64,000 bases of DNA from Eledone cirrhosa (GCA_964016885.1 OZ024741.1:190712001-190776000), one strand, 5' to 3'; shown: positions 1-12,038, counted from the first letter of the stretch. The notes: generated by a model from the sequence alone, not told the origin. Translations and numbers: made by a program.

Positions 1-40
1 CTTCATACGGATTGGACACTACAGTATATTTTGGTAGATT

Positions 41-114
<74 letters not shown>

Positions 115-204
115 GAAGGAGTTGTGGTAAGGAAACAGATGGATCATAACGCACCAAAGTACTCAATACTTGAGGTAGTAGAGTGGGTAATAGGAACCAG
201 TAAG

Positions 205-298
205 ACCCCGACGGCTGAGCTCAAGCCGTTTCGACGGCTAATTCTGGACTAAATGAAAATTTATCCTGGTATTTAAATAGCCGATCTTCTCAAGGGGT
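205..298 (-). ncRNA. Type I hammerhead ribozyme, U3-A8 variant (left-arm copy)
   Basis: Reverse complement of 2964-3057. Confidence 0.7.
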
Positions 299-1561
299 AA
301 TTCCATATATGGTCAATGTGATTGTCAAAAGTCAGTAGTAATTCTGTGATTGCAAATTAGTAGGAAAGATGGTGGCTAAACCTGCCAGTAGGAGAAAGAG
401 GGGAGGGGTGGAGTAGACCCAATCAAGCGTTGGTAGTGCCAGCTACAGCTGGGCATGAGGTCAAAGAAGATACTGGGGAGGGGGAGGGGGAGGAAGTCGG
501 AACGGTAGGTAGAACAATGAGGAGTAAAAATATATATGAAAGAAAAAATACTGAGGGTGAAGAAAAGCGAATAGGTGTAAAGGAAAAAGTAAAGCAAGTT
601 CTACGACCTAAGTCTCTAGCTATTGTTAGGCTAGATAAATAAATAAAGAAAGAAAGAAAGAAGTAAAGAAAGAAATAAAGAAATAACGAAATAAGTAAAT
701 GAACTAGGTGGGACGGAATAGGCAAGGACCCTTTTAAGAGGTATAAGTACGTAAATCATACGGTGACGGGTCAACAAATGGGGCCAAACTACTAAAGAGA
801 CTACCACGAAATAAATAATAAAGGTTTCTATCCCGGGCCCAATGCCAGCAACCACCCAGTGCAGCAAAGTAAACTAGTACGAGATAATAATTCTGAGTCC
901 CGAAAAAAATATATACTAATGCTAACTCTAAAAGATCTTAAACAAGCTACATGAAAGTTCGTACGAAGTAAAGGTAGGATACGGAAAAATAAATTCAGAA
1001 TCCACCCCGCCCAAAAGAAAAGCGAAGAAAGAAATACTGAAACGAGAAAATAAGGCGTAAGTGCCACTAAGAAATATAGAAGGCACGGAAAATAGTGGGA
1101 GCGGTCGGAAAAAGGGGGCAAGTATCCGGGGTCTAAACCAACTGCTATAAAAAGCGGAGTCCGCCAAATCTATCATAGACTAGGGGAGGGGTGGGGGTAC
1201 TAAGGCTACAAGGGGCCAAAGGGCAGCCTCGGGTGGGCGAGAAAAGACGCCGACAAAGAAGAAGAGCTGGGGTAGAAGGACTAAGTAGGGATGGGGGGAA
1301 GGAATAAAGGAAGCGATAAAAGAATAAAAAGAAGATCTTACGTCTCCCTTGGCAAGCAGGGGTTACCCATTGCAAAATCGGCAAGTGGGGTGTTATAGCC
1401 CTAGTCTACCCCCCCGGGTCATTATGGGGTTTGAGGGCGAGGTAAGTCCTACGCAAGCTATGTTTACATGCAGTAACCAGTTCATCTTTCTTGTTTAGGA
1501 GTTGGTCCGTCGAAAACAGCATTTGTAAAGTTTCCTCCGAGCATAAATTGCACGGACGGCG

Positions 1562-1893
1562 TCCTATATAGGACTTACCGCATGTGACTTCAAGACCCGG
1601 CTATACCAACATAGACATACCTTCCGAAACCCGGCCCGGCGTCACGCCACTACACTTTCGGGCCACATATGGGACCTCAAGGACAACAACATCACCTATG
1701 ATCTCACTTGGAGATTACTGTCTAGAGCCAATTCTTACACGGGAGGACGCCGTCCGTGCAATTTATGCTCGCAGGAAACTTTACAAATGCTGTTTTCGAC
1801 GGACCAACTCCTAAACAAGAAAGATGAACTGGTTACTGCATGTAAACATAGATTGCGTAGGACTTACCTCGCCCTCAAACCCCATAATGACCC
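1562..1893 (+). pseudogene. PLE GIY-YIG endonuclease C-terminal fragment (no start codon, absent from ORF track)
   Basis: Manual translation from 1562: SYIGLTACDFKTRLYQHRHTFRNPARRHATTLSGHIWDLKDNNITYDLTWRLLSRANSYTGGRRPCNLCSQETLQMLFSTDQLLNKKDELVTACKHRLR. Shows YIG, FKxR, IWxLK, CxLCxxE and LLNKxxEL..C.H motifs. Confidence 0.85.
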
Positions 1894-2963
1894 GGGGGGG
1901 GGGGTAGACTAGGGCCAAGGGAGACGTAAGATCTTCTTTTTATTCTTTTATCGCTTCCTTTATTTCCTTCCCCCCATCCCTACTTAGTCCTTCTACCCCA
2001 GCTCTTCTTCTTTGTCGGCGTCTTTTCTCGCCCACCCGAGGCTGCCCTTTGGCCCCTTGTAGCCTTAGTACCCCCACCCCTCCCCTAGTCTATGATAGAT
2101 TTGGCGGATTCCGCTTTTTATAGCAGTTGGTTTAGACCCCGGATACTTGCCCCCTTTTTCCGACCGCTCCCACTATTTTCCGTGCCTTCTATATTTCTTA
2201 GTGGCACTTACGCCTTATTTTCTCGTTTCAGTATTTCTTTCTTCGCTTTTCTTTTGGGCGGGGTGGATTCTGAATTTATTTTTCCGTATCCTACCTTTAC
2301 TTCGTACGAACTTTCATGTAGCTTGTTTAAGATCTTTTAGAGTTAGCATTAGTATATATTTTTTTCGGGACTCAGAATTATTATCTCGTACTAGTTTACT
2401 TTGCTGCACTGGGTGGTTGCTGGCATTGGGCCCGGGATAGAAACCTTTATTATTTATTTCGTGGTAGTCTCTTTAGTATTTTGGCCCCATTTGTTGACCC
2501 GTCACCGTATGATTTACGTACTTATACCTCTTAAAAGGGTCCTTGCCTATTCCGTCCCACCTAGTTCATTTACTTATTTCGTTATTTCTTTATTTCTTTC
2601 TTTACTTCTTTCTTTCTTTCTTTATTTATTTATCTAGCCTAACAATAGCTAGAGACTTAGGTCGTAGAACTTGCTTTACTTTTTCCTTTACACCTATTCG
2701 CTTTTCTTCACCCTCAGTATTTTTTCTTTCATATATATTTTTACCCCTCATTGTTCTACTTACCGTTCCGACTCCCCCCCCTCCTCAGTATCTTCTTTGA
2801 CCTCATGCCCAGCTGTAGCTGGCACTACCAACGCTTGATTGGGTCTACTCCACCCCCTCCCCTCTTTCTCCTACTGGCAGGTTTAGCCACCATCTTTCCT
2901 ACTAATTTGCAATCACAGAATTACTACTGACTTTTGACAATCACTTTGACCATATATGGAATT

Positions 2964-3057
2964 ACCCCTTGAGAAGATCGGCTATTTAAATACCAGGATA
3001 AATTTTCATTTAGTCCAGAATTAGCCGTCGAAACGGCTTGAGCTCAGCCGTCGGGGT
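2964..3057 (+). ncRNA. Type I hammerhead ribozyme, U3-A8 core variant
   Basis: ACCCC-TTGAGAA-GATCGGCTA...TAGCCGTC-GAAA-CGGCT(TGAGCTC)AGCCG-TC-GGGGT. Stems I, II and III all pair; GUC triplet. Confidence 0.75.
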
Positions 3058-3067
3058 CTTACTGGTT

Positions 3068-3103
<36 letters not shown>

Positions 3104-4356
3104 TAAAAGGAAAAGAAAATGCTGACAAATTTTTCCCAGTGAAAAATAGTTTAATTAGGAATAAGTATAAATTAGTAATAAGTATTGGTTAGTATTCAGT
3201 TTTAGTTTTAAGTTTTTACCGGTTGCGCATTTCTAATGCTTTTCAAAAATAATTTTGAGATAGAGCGGGCGTGATGTTTGCTCTAATCTGATCACTTTTG
3301 GAAATTCTTCCTGTTTTATGTGAAAAAAGTGGCTCCAGGGGTATTAAGATTTGGTTGGTTGTTGAATGCCACGTGAATGAGTACTATAAATTTCGCGCCA
3401 ATTCGTGTTGCAAAAATTCTTGTAGTCAAAACAATTTTGATTGGTCGGTAGAGGTCACGTGAATGTTAAAAATTGATTTTGTGCCAAATGTAAGATTGTC
3501 GAAGAGTGTCTTTTTCGCCTGATTTTCACTGAAAAATAAGTTTATTAAGACAAATATGTGTGTGTGTTGTGTAGTAAAGAGGTTCATTGTTGTGATAATG
3601 GTCAGTATGGATGTGTGTGTGAATTGCAGTCATGTTGAAAGGTCAACAGTTCAGGTGTCTATTAAGACAAATGTGTGTGTGTGTAGTAGCAGAGTGGTTC
3701 GTAGTAGAGGGAATAAATTCGGTCAGTAGGAATGTGTGTGTACATATGTGGGGGATATTTTAACATGTTGAAAGATATTTTTCAGCTCTTGTCTTATACG
3801 GAGAAGTGTGTGTGTGTGTGTGTGTGTGTGTGTCTGTTTGTATGTTAGTGTACGCGTGTGTATGTGTGTGTATATGTGTGTATGTGTGTGTGTGTATATG
3901 TGTGTATGTGTGTGTGTGGATGGACCAGTATTTTTGTGATATTGGTAAAAATGGTGTACATTATTCGATATTTTCAGTAATTTGCAAAAACGATTCTCTC
4001 AAAAGAACATCAAAAACATTAATAATAAAAGAGGTGAAATGATGTATAGTATTGTCATAACACCAAGGTATGTGTGGGTGTCCAGATTGTACGTACTGCA
4101 AGGGGAATCCATTAGGCCCTGCCGTATGGGAATACTTGTGTACAAATATGTATGTGCCCATCAGTGTGCAATGCATGTGTACGTATATGTATGTGTGTGT
4201 GTCGGCACCTTTATATCTATAAACATCAAAAGGTATGCAAATTTGTGTATATTTGTGTTGCACCATAGGACATGTGTGTTTACGTATGTCATTGTGTTTA
4301 TATGTGGATAGAAATGTATGTAGGATGTATACTGATGTAGGTATGTATGATGTAGG

Positions 4357-4510
<154 letters not shown>

Positions 4511-4521
4511 TAACAGATTAA

Positions 4522-4572
4522 AGTTTAAGCAAAGAATCGCTGCTTTCACCCTCAACGGGATCTTCTGAAACT
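4522..4572 (-). ncRNA. HHR-like motif (CAGAAGA core) in a PLE pLTR copy
   Basis: Reverse-complement copy of 6703-6753; further copies at 5421-5471 and 11381-11431. Confidence 0.55.
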
Positions 4573-4678
4573 GAAAAAATAAATCTGTGAAGGATTGAGA
4601 AATAGGGTCCAGAGGTTCAGTCCGGTCCTGGATGTTGAGTTCTGAAGAGATTTTAAACCCACCATCATTGATGTCATT

Positions 4679-4815
4679 AATTGTTTCTACTTTAGGCACA
4701 GGGCCAGCAATTACCCAGTGCATCACTGGTACTTTATTTTATCGACCCCGTAAGGATGAAAGGCAAAGTCAACCTCGGCGGGATTTGAACTCAGATCGTA
4801 AAGGGACGTAACTAT
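4679..4815 (-). mobile_element. tRNA-derived SINE family 1 (partial)
   Basis: Matches the other copies: GAGTTCAAATCC box B, CTTTGCCTTTCATCCTTACGGGGTCGATAAAATAAAGTACCAG core, AAT-rich tail. Confidence 0.8.
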
Positions 4816-4829
4816 GCTGGAATTAATGA

Positions 4830-5268
4830 CACTCCGATCGGTTTTACGATAATCCTTGGTTACAGCATTATGTAGCAGTTGATAGTAAGTACTGCGCTCC
4901 ACTTAATATAGATTACCAGCTTTGTAGGAGTGGACGTGCACGGCATTATAATCCTTAATAGAACGAATTCTGTTCTTCAGGTCCTGTTGGAAGGAATTGC
5001 TCCTGTTCCGAAATTTGATACTCCGTATGAGTTTCAAGACATCGCTTTCGAAGGGTAACAAAGCTGGGTTACTCGGAGGGTTATTATAAGTTTTAAACCT
5101 ATATTTATCCTGTTTATTGTCCGCGTTTTCCTGGTTATCGAAATAAAAGGCGCGCCAACGCAACCTTTTAAACGAATCCGTTTTTTTGTATAAGAAGTCT
5201 TAAATATGTCTTCCCGCCTGGTACGGGTATGTTCTTTATAGAAATATTCGGGTGTTGTTTCTGCATGA
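4830..5268 (-). pseudogene. PLE ORF N-terminus (frameshifted), directly downstream of a pLTR
   Basis: MQKQHPNISIKNIPVP...YLRLLIQK...RLRWRAFYF...YRFKTYNNPPSNPALLPFESDVLKLIRSIKFRNRSNSFQ...GNLY, typical of the pre-RT region of PLEs of this type (Hydra-like, from memory). Confidence 0.7.
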
Positions 5269-5713
5269 TGAATATAAGTCGATAGAGTGCTCAACCGAGG
5301 GAGCCAAATAGTAATAATAATAAATGTGAAGACTAAAATCCAAAGAGGGCTCGATAAAGATAAATATATATCAAATATATAAGAACCCTAGAGCAAATAT
5401 TTATTAAAATAACAGATTAAAGTTGAAGCAAAGAATAGCTGATTTCACCCTTAACGGGATCTTCTGAAACTAAAAAAATCAATCTGTGAACGCAGAAGTA
5501 AATATTTCGAAAAACGTTGCAACCGAAGAAAAATAGGAAGACGATGCTTTGGTTCGTGAAGACGTTCCCTGGCAATGAATGGAAAAAAGCGAACATAATA
5601 CGTCGTTATGTGGACCGCTGAGAACAAATAAACGCAAAGACAAAAGCACGTTTATGGTATAAACTAATATTCTATTTAGGAAAACGAATGATTCTCGGAT
5701 TCGGAGTTAGGAA

Positions 5714-5905
5714 TAATTATTTCTACTTTTGGCACAAGGCCGACAATTATTCCAGTGCATTACTGGTACTTTATTTTATCGACCTCGTAAGGATGAAAGG
5801 CAAAGTTAACCTCGGCGGGATTTGAACTCAGACCACAAGGGGCCGTAACTCTTTGCTGCAAAGCATGGCGTCCGACCCTCCACCGATACTGCCAATCCAC
5901 CGCCC
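5714..5905 (-). mobile_element. tRNA-derived SINE family 1 (near full length)
   Basis: Head GGCGGTGGATTGGCAGTATCGG, box B GAGTTCAAATCC, conserved core and tail. Confidence 0.85.
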
Positions 5906-6702
5906 TTTTACGTCTTGATGTGGTAGCTAAGTATATTTTATGTTTATATAATTACTTATTTGTATAGGTAAGTATACCTTACCCGTATGTTTTGTGGGGG
6001 TACGTATACTTTCTCGTACGTATATATGCTTGTATTTGTTATAGGTATATATATTATATTATATTGGTATGTGTATATATGGTTGTGTGTATATGTGTAT
6101 TTCGTTTTTGTGTGTGTATGCGTGTTTGCAGGTATGTATGGTGTGTATGGTGTGTACTTTGAATTTTGGTATATGTACGTTTGGTAAACATATGTGTATT
6201 AACCTGTAGGTATGTGCGTGCGTTATATACGTTTATATAATTATATGTAGACACACACATATATTTTTATGTGTATTTGTGTATACGTTCGTATGTGTGC
6301 GAGTGTTTATGTCTATGTGCATATTTTTTTGCATGCATGGCATGTGTTTTCGCGTATGCACGTGTATGTACGTATATAGATGTGCGTCTGTATATATTTA
6401 ATTATTATTACTTTAATAACCTCTGTCATTTTCGTTCTACTAATTTATTTACTTTATTCTTAACTCCGAATCCGAGAATCATTCGTTTTCCTAAATAGAA
6501 TATTAGTTTATACAATAAACGTGGTTTTATCTTTGCGTGTATTTGTTCTCATCACTCCACATAACGACGTACTATCCTTGCTTTCCCCCCCCCGTTCATT
6601 GTCAGGGAACGTCTCCACGAACCAAAGCATCGTCTTCCTATTTTCCTTCGGTTGCAACGTTTTTCGAAATATTTACTTCTGCGTTCACAGATTGATTTTT
6701 TT

Positions 6703-6753
6703 AGTTTCAGAAGATCCCGTTAAGGGTGAAAGCAGCGATTCTTTGCTTAAACT
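6703..6753 (+). ncRNA. HHR-like motif with CAGAAGA core and CUU triplet
   Basis: AGTTT-CAGAAGA-TCCC(GTTAA)GGGT-GAAA-GCA...TGC-TT-AAACT. Confidence 0.55.
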
Positions 6754-6868
6754 TTAATCTGTTATTTTAATAAATATTTGATCTAGGGTTCTTATATATT
6801 TGATATATATTTATCTTTATCGAGCCCACTTTGGATTTTAGTTTTCACATTTATTATTATTACTATAT

Positions 6869-7055
6869 ATTGGCAGTATCGGAAGAGGGTGGGACGCCAT
6901 GTTTTGACGCATAGAGTTACGGCCCTTGCCATTCTGAGTTCAAATCCTGCCGAGGTTAACTTTGCCGTTCACCCTTACGGGGTCGATAAAATAAAGTACC
7001 AGTAATGCACTGGGTATTTGCTAGCCTTGTGCCAAAAGTAGAAACAATTATTATT
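6869..7055 (+). mobile_element. tRNA-derived SINE family 1
   Basis: Same head, box B, core and (ATT)n tail as the other copies. Confidence 0.85.
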
Positions 7056-7070
7056 ACTATATATATATAT

Positions 7071-7400
7071 AGATTTTGAGTTTATGTTGGTTGTATACCA
7101 ACACCTCAGTATGCAGGCTGGAGCACTCGACGAAGTGCGCAGGTTGGTTTGGTTACTCCGGAGTAGTGTAAAATAAAGTTAAATAAAAGTCAAATGATTA
7201 AAATTTAGCTTCGTTTATTACTGCTATATATATTTCAGTGACAGCCACCTTTGGCTGTGACCTCTTCAGGCAGTTCGAATTAGATACTAATTCGAACTGC
7301 CTGAAGAGGTCACAGCCAAAGATGGCTGTCACTGAAATATATATAGCAGTAATAAACGAAGCTAAATTTTAATCATTTGACTTTTATTTAACTTTATTTT
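7071..7400. mobile_element. Short PLE pLTR fold-back (palindrome ~7170-7400, centre ~7285)
   Basis: Near-perfect inverted repeat with an HHR and AATAAA in each arm; (TA)n on both sides. Confidence 0.8.
7296..7350 (+). ncRNA. Type I hammerhead ribozyme (mirror copy 7220-7274 on -)
   Basis: ACTGC-CTGAAGA-GGTCACAGCC(AAAGAT)GGCTGTCACT-GAAA-TATATA-TA-GCAGT, followed by AATAAA. Confidence 0.8.
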
Positions 7401-7416
7401 ATATATATATATATAT

Positions 7417-8528
7417 AGATAAATCTACCAAAAGTTTACGGTAGTATCCAATCCGTATGAAGAACTCAATGTAATCCGGATATCATGAAAAGAGAAGATG
7501 CATTCAAAAACTACTTTCGGTGAAAAATAAACGGAAAACAGAGTCAAGATAAATTAATAAAATAATGAATAAACAAAGAAACAGTTCCTTATATTAAAAA
7601 CATTCATCATTTTACGATCGTTTCTAGGATATATATGTGTTAGAGTTGGTATGCATATTCTATAGATCTATGTACAATATTTATACAAACTATCAGAGGG
7701 AATATACATACCTACACATATATATGCGCTGTCTTCAGAAATAATGATAATTGTTTATTGAAAAAGACAAAGATTCAATACAATAGGTCTGTTTGGGAAC
7801 AGGTTTTGAATTGACCAATAGAGAGATAGTGAGGGTCAGGATAGTAATATAGTAGTAGAAGAACCTTGAATTATGGGTAGAGGAAGGTAGATTTCAGTTT
7901 TGGATGGAAAAGAATATTATGAATGAAGGATTATTTTAGGGAAGAAATAGGTCTTATGCTGACCTCAGAAATAATTTTATTTTTTCATTGAATAAAACCA
8001 ACAAAGATCTAATATATTCTGTCTGTTTGGTAAGAGGTTTAGAATTAACCAATAGAAAGTTAATAATTGGCCAAATGGTAAAATAGTAGTAATTGAAGCT
8101 TATTTTAGGGGTGAAAATAGGTCAGGTGGTCAGTAAAAGGTATACAAGCAGTTGCTGTTATAAAATAAATGCCAATACAAATATCTAAGGTGACTAAAGT
8201 TTTAAGATAAGAATGTTAGTGAAAAAAATACATCTATGAAAAGAATATAAATTAATTTAATTGATGGGTATATTTATATAGATATGATAAATAAGAGTTA
8301 GATGCAGTTGAAAAGTGCTGTTAAAGATGAGGGGAAATTAAAAGAATATAAAAATAATATATATATATATATATATATACTCATACATATATCTATATAC
8401 ATATATATACACATACACACATATATATATATATATATACACTTATATATATACATATATATACATATATATTCACATACACACACACACATACACACAT
8501 ATATATATATATACATATACATATATAT

Positions 8529-8599
<71 letters not shown>

Positions 8600-9225
8600 G
8601 ATATATACATGCATATATACATACATACACATACATTTACACACACATATACACTTATATATACATATAATTATTGGGGGGGGGGGGATTAAATTTATTA
8701 GTGAGAAATAGTAAATATATATAGTTTTCAAGGAACATAGAGTCATAACCTGAAGTTAAAGCATAATATATGTTTACTTAATGGTATCAGTTTTAGGAAA
8801 TGATATTTGTAAGAAGGAAAGCAAAATTATGTAGTTCATCAGTAGTAGAATATTAATTATAGGTTAACTAAATTAAAAATAGTTTATATATTAATTTCAA
8901 AAGTGTATATTAATTAATACTACTATATTACTATCCTGACCCTCACTATCTCTCTATTGGTCAATTCAAAACCTGTTCCCAAACAGACCTATTGTATTGA
9001 ATCTTTGTCTTTTTCAATAAACAATTATCATTATTTCTGAAGACAGCGCATATATATGTGTAGGTATATATATTCCCTCTGATAGTTTGTATAAATATTG
9101 TACATAGATCTATAGAATATGCATACCAACTCTAACACATATATATCCTAGAAACGATCGTAAAATGATGAATTTTTTTAATATAAGGAACTGTTTCTTT
9201 GTTTATTCATTATTTTATTAATTTA
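7417..9225. mobile_element. PLE pLTR/3' region with inverted partner (arms ~7548-7853 and ~8921-9225); tail copies at 1-46 and 15184-15368
   Basis: Reverse-complement arms each contain a long-stem-II HHR; the terminus TAGATAAATCTACCAAAA recurs next to (TA)n or (CA)n. Confidence 0.8.
9028..9171 (+). ncRNA. Type I HHR with ~107-nt stem II (mirror copy 7604-7747 on -)
   Basis: TCATTATTT-CTGAAGA-[9044-9150, ATATATATGTGT/ACACATATATAT pairing]-GAAA-CGATCG-TA-AAATGATGA. Confidence 0.75.
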
Positions 9226-9244
9226 TATATATATATATAAATAC

Positions 9245-9410
9245 ATGGTGGCTGCCAACTCGTTTTCGAGTACGGCCACTACTTTATATCCATGTAGGAG
9301 AACCCCTACCGATGCGCTGAACGAGTGTGACTTTTTAGTCCAGCCAGCGACTTGAAAACTCTGGTACAAACACTACACTTGTGACAATTATTGACACATA
9401 GTGCTGGGCC
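9245..9410 (-). mobile_element. LINE 3' end with C2H2-like finger
   Basis: ORF end CSVCTRVFKSLAGLKSHTRSAHR* followed by a short UTR, between microsatellites. Confidence 0.45.
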
Positions 9411-9449
9411 CATGCATACATACATACCATACATACATACATACATAAA

Positions 9450-9567
<118 letters not shown>

Positions 9568-10774
9568 AGGTGAGTTTTATTGTAGCACAATAAAGCAATG
9601 CAAATATCGGATAAGTAGCAGTCACAGTTTATAGGACTGGAGTATAAATAATATAAGATCAAAAGATGGTTAAAAGAGTTCCATGTATTTTATTATGGCA
9701 TTTCAAAAACAAATATCATCATGGGATGACATTTGCGTTCTCATCAGATAAAATAGGGAGACATGTTATGAAGCTTAAAAAACACTTGCGAGCAGTGAAG
9801 TGTTAAATCAACATATGAAAAATAAAGTAAGATGGATATATGAGATTGGGAAAAAAAAGAAGAGGGGGAGGGGAAAGAAAAGGTAAGGAAGAGGAAGAAA
9901 GAAAATAAAGGATGACAGGAGAGGAGTATAAGAAGGAAGGATGAGAGAGGAGGAGAAATGAGTGAGAGAGAAATAGAGATAGCCTTTAAAACTGAGAAAA
10001 CACTGTCTGACAGAGAGAAATAAAAAAAAAACCGTTGTAAGATAATAGATAATAGATAATTTTAAAAGATTTTGAAATTAAAAGTTAATGAGGTTTATGA
10101 ATGGTGATGTTTATGATTAAATAAAAAGGAATTAAGAATAGTATTTATTTAAGGTTTATATATTGAAGGGTTTAATAATATGTGCGAAAAAAGAATTTAT
10201 TAATACGTATTATTAAAATTAAAATATTGAGAATATAATGTGAATGAAGGAGAGATTAAATGAATTATGAACTTAGAGGAATTAGTTAGGGTTTAAGTTT
10301 GTTTTTATGTATTGTAATATGTAAAAGTAAATAAAAGGTTTAATACGAGCACGAAAGGAGAGAAGAAAGAAGAAAGAAGAAAGAAGAAAGAAGAAAGAAG
10401 AAAGAAGAAAATTTAAGAAAGAAAAAAAATATATAACGTCAAAAAATATATATGTTTACAAAATTTACTAATGGTAATATTAGTATATATTAAAAATATA
10501 GTTTGTATGGCCAAGAATATAAAGAAAAAAGGAAAAAGCTATAGTGAGTAATAATATGAATTAAGAAGTAATTGAGAAGTAAAAGTTACAGATTAAAGAT
10601 TAGAAATTAAAAAAGAAAAAAGGAAGAAAGGAAAAAGGATAAAAAAGAAGAAAGATAGGGGACCGCTAACGACATAGAATGAGTAAATTGTATAATATAA
10701 TATACTGAAATAAGGTATAAAGGTGGGTATATTTGCAAAATATATAACAGCGTTTGAGAAAAGAAGATTTTAAA

Positions 10775-11245
10775 CTAATTAGGTATTGAGATATTAGCTG
10801 TATACTTTATGGAAAGTTCTATGGGATTTATGCAAGCAGAGCGAAAATAATCCGTACGTCTATTTATTATAGAATTAAAATTAGAGATAATGGTAAATTT
10901 CTCGGCTAGGCAGAGATTACATGTTTTGGATAGGGAAGAATTCTGGTAAGGAAAGGCGTTGTAAACCTTCCTCCAAGATATGTTGTAGTTAATATTTTTG
11001 TCTTTTAAGGACCATATGAGTTCCGAGAGTGCCGTGTTAGTTCTTTTAAGTTGGTATTTAAAAGATGAATTGTGATTATAAAATCTTGCTTTAAAGGAAA
11101 TGGAAGTGGAACCAAAATAGGTAAAAGAATTAGTACCAGTTATAACCTTACATTCATACACTAAATTTTTATCAAGACATTGGTTATTAAGAGGACATTT
11201 AGTTCTAACAGGGAAAAACATGTGCGTCAAAACATGGCGTCCCAC
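10775..11245 (-). pseudogene. PLE GIY-YIG endonuclease domain (5'-truncated)
   Basis: KCPLNNQCLDKNLVYECKV...TYFGSTSISFKARFYNHNSSF...TALSELIWSLKD...CNLCLAEKFTII...INRR. Confidence 0.85.
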
Positions 11246-11967
11246 CCTCTTCCGATACTGCCAATATATAGTAATAATAATAAATGTGAAAACTAAAATC
11301 CAAAGAGGGCTTGATAAAGATAAATATATATCAAATATATAAGAACCCTAGATCAAATATTTATTAAAATAACAGATTAAAGTTTAAGCAAAGAATCGCT
11401 GCTTTCACCCTTAACAGGATCTTCTGAAACTTAAATCTCTAAGTTCATAATTCATTTAACTAATTCCTCTAAGTTCATAATTCATTTAATCTCTCCTTCA
11501 TTCACATTATATCCTTAATATTTTAATTTTAATAATACATATTAATAAATTCTTTTTTTCGCACATATTATTAAACCCTTCAATATATAAACCTTAAATA
11601 AATACTATTCTTAATTCCTTTTTATTTAATCATAAACCTCATTAACTTTTAATTTCAAAATCTTTTAAAATTATCTATTATCTATTATCTTACAACGGTT
11701 TTTTTAAATTTCTCTCTGTGAAACAGTGTTTTCTCAGTTTTAAAGGCTATCTCTCTCTCTCACTCATTTCTCCTCCTCTCTCATCCTTCCTTCTTATACT
11801 TTTCCCCTGTCATCCTTTATTTTCTTTCTTCCCCTTCCTTACCTTTTCCTGCCCCCACTCCTCTTTTTTTCCCCCAATCTCATATATCCATCTTACTTTA
11901 TTTTTCATATGTTGATTTAACACTTCACTGCTCGCAAGTGTTTTTTAAGCTTCATATCATGTCTCCC

Positions 11968-12038
11968 TATTTTATCTGATGAGAACGCAAATGTCATCCC
12001 ATGATGATATTTGTTTTTGAAATGAGCATAATAAAATA
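11968..12038 (+). ncRNA. Type I hammerhead ribozyme (mirror copy 9686-9755 on -)
   Basis: TATTTTAT-CTGATGA-GAACGCAAATGTCATC...GATGATATTTGTTTTT-GAAA-TGAGCA-TA-ATAAAATA. Confidence 0.8.

Larger units (their letters stand above)
112..3072 (+). mobile_element. Penelope-like retroelement, 5'-truncated, with a ~1.35-kb inverted copy of its 3' region (arms ~190-1565 and ~1745-3072)
   Basis: Arms are near-identical reverse complements (mirror ORFs in the track; right arm lacks ~46 bp). The spacer and the start of the right arm encode a GIY-YIG C-terminus. Each arm has an HHR, and both ends abut (TA)n. Confidence 0.85.
5308..6863. repeat. Inverted PLE pLTR pair (~5308-5710 and ~6460-6863) around a SINE and TG-rich DNA
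   Basis: ~400-bp arms are reverse complements, each with the CAGAAGA HHR motif. Confidence 0.8.

Noticed and set aside
376-2800. Hydrophobic F/L/S-rich ORFs duplicated on both strands
   Set aside because: Produced by the pyrimidine-rich PLE 3' UTR and its inverted copy; no domain motifs.
3215-3315. GAAA-TGCGCA palindrome on the minus strand suggesting an HHR
   Set aside because: No NUH triplet and no matching core or stem I.
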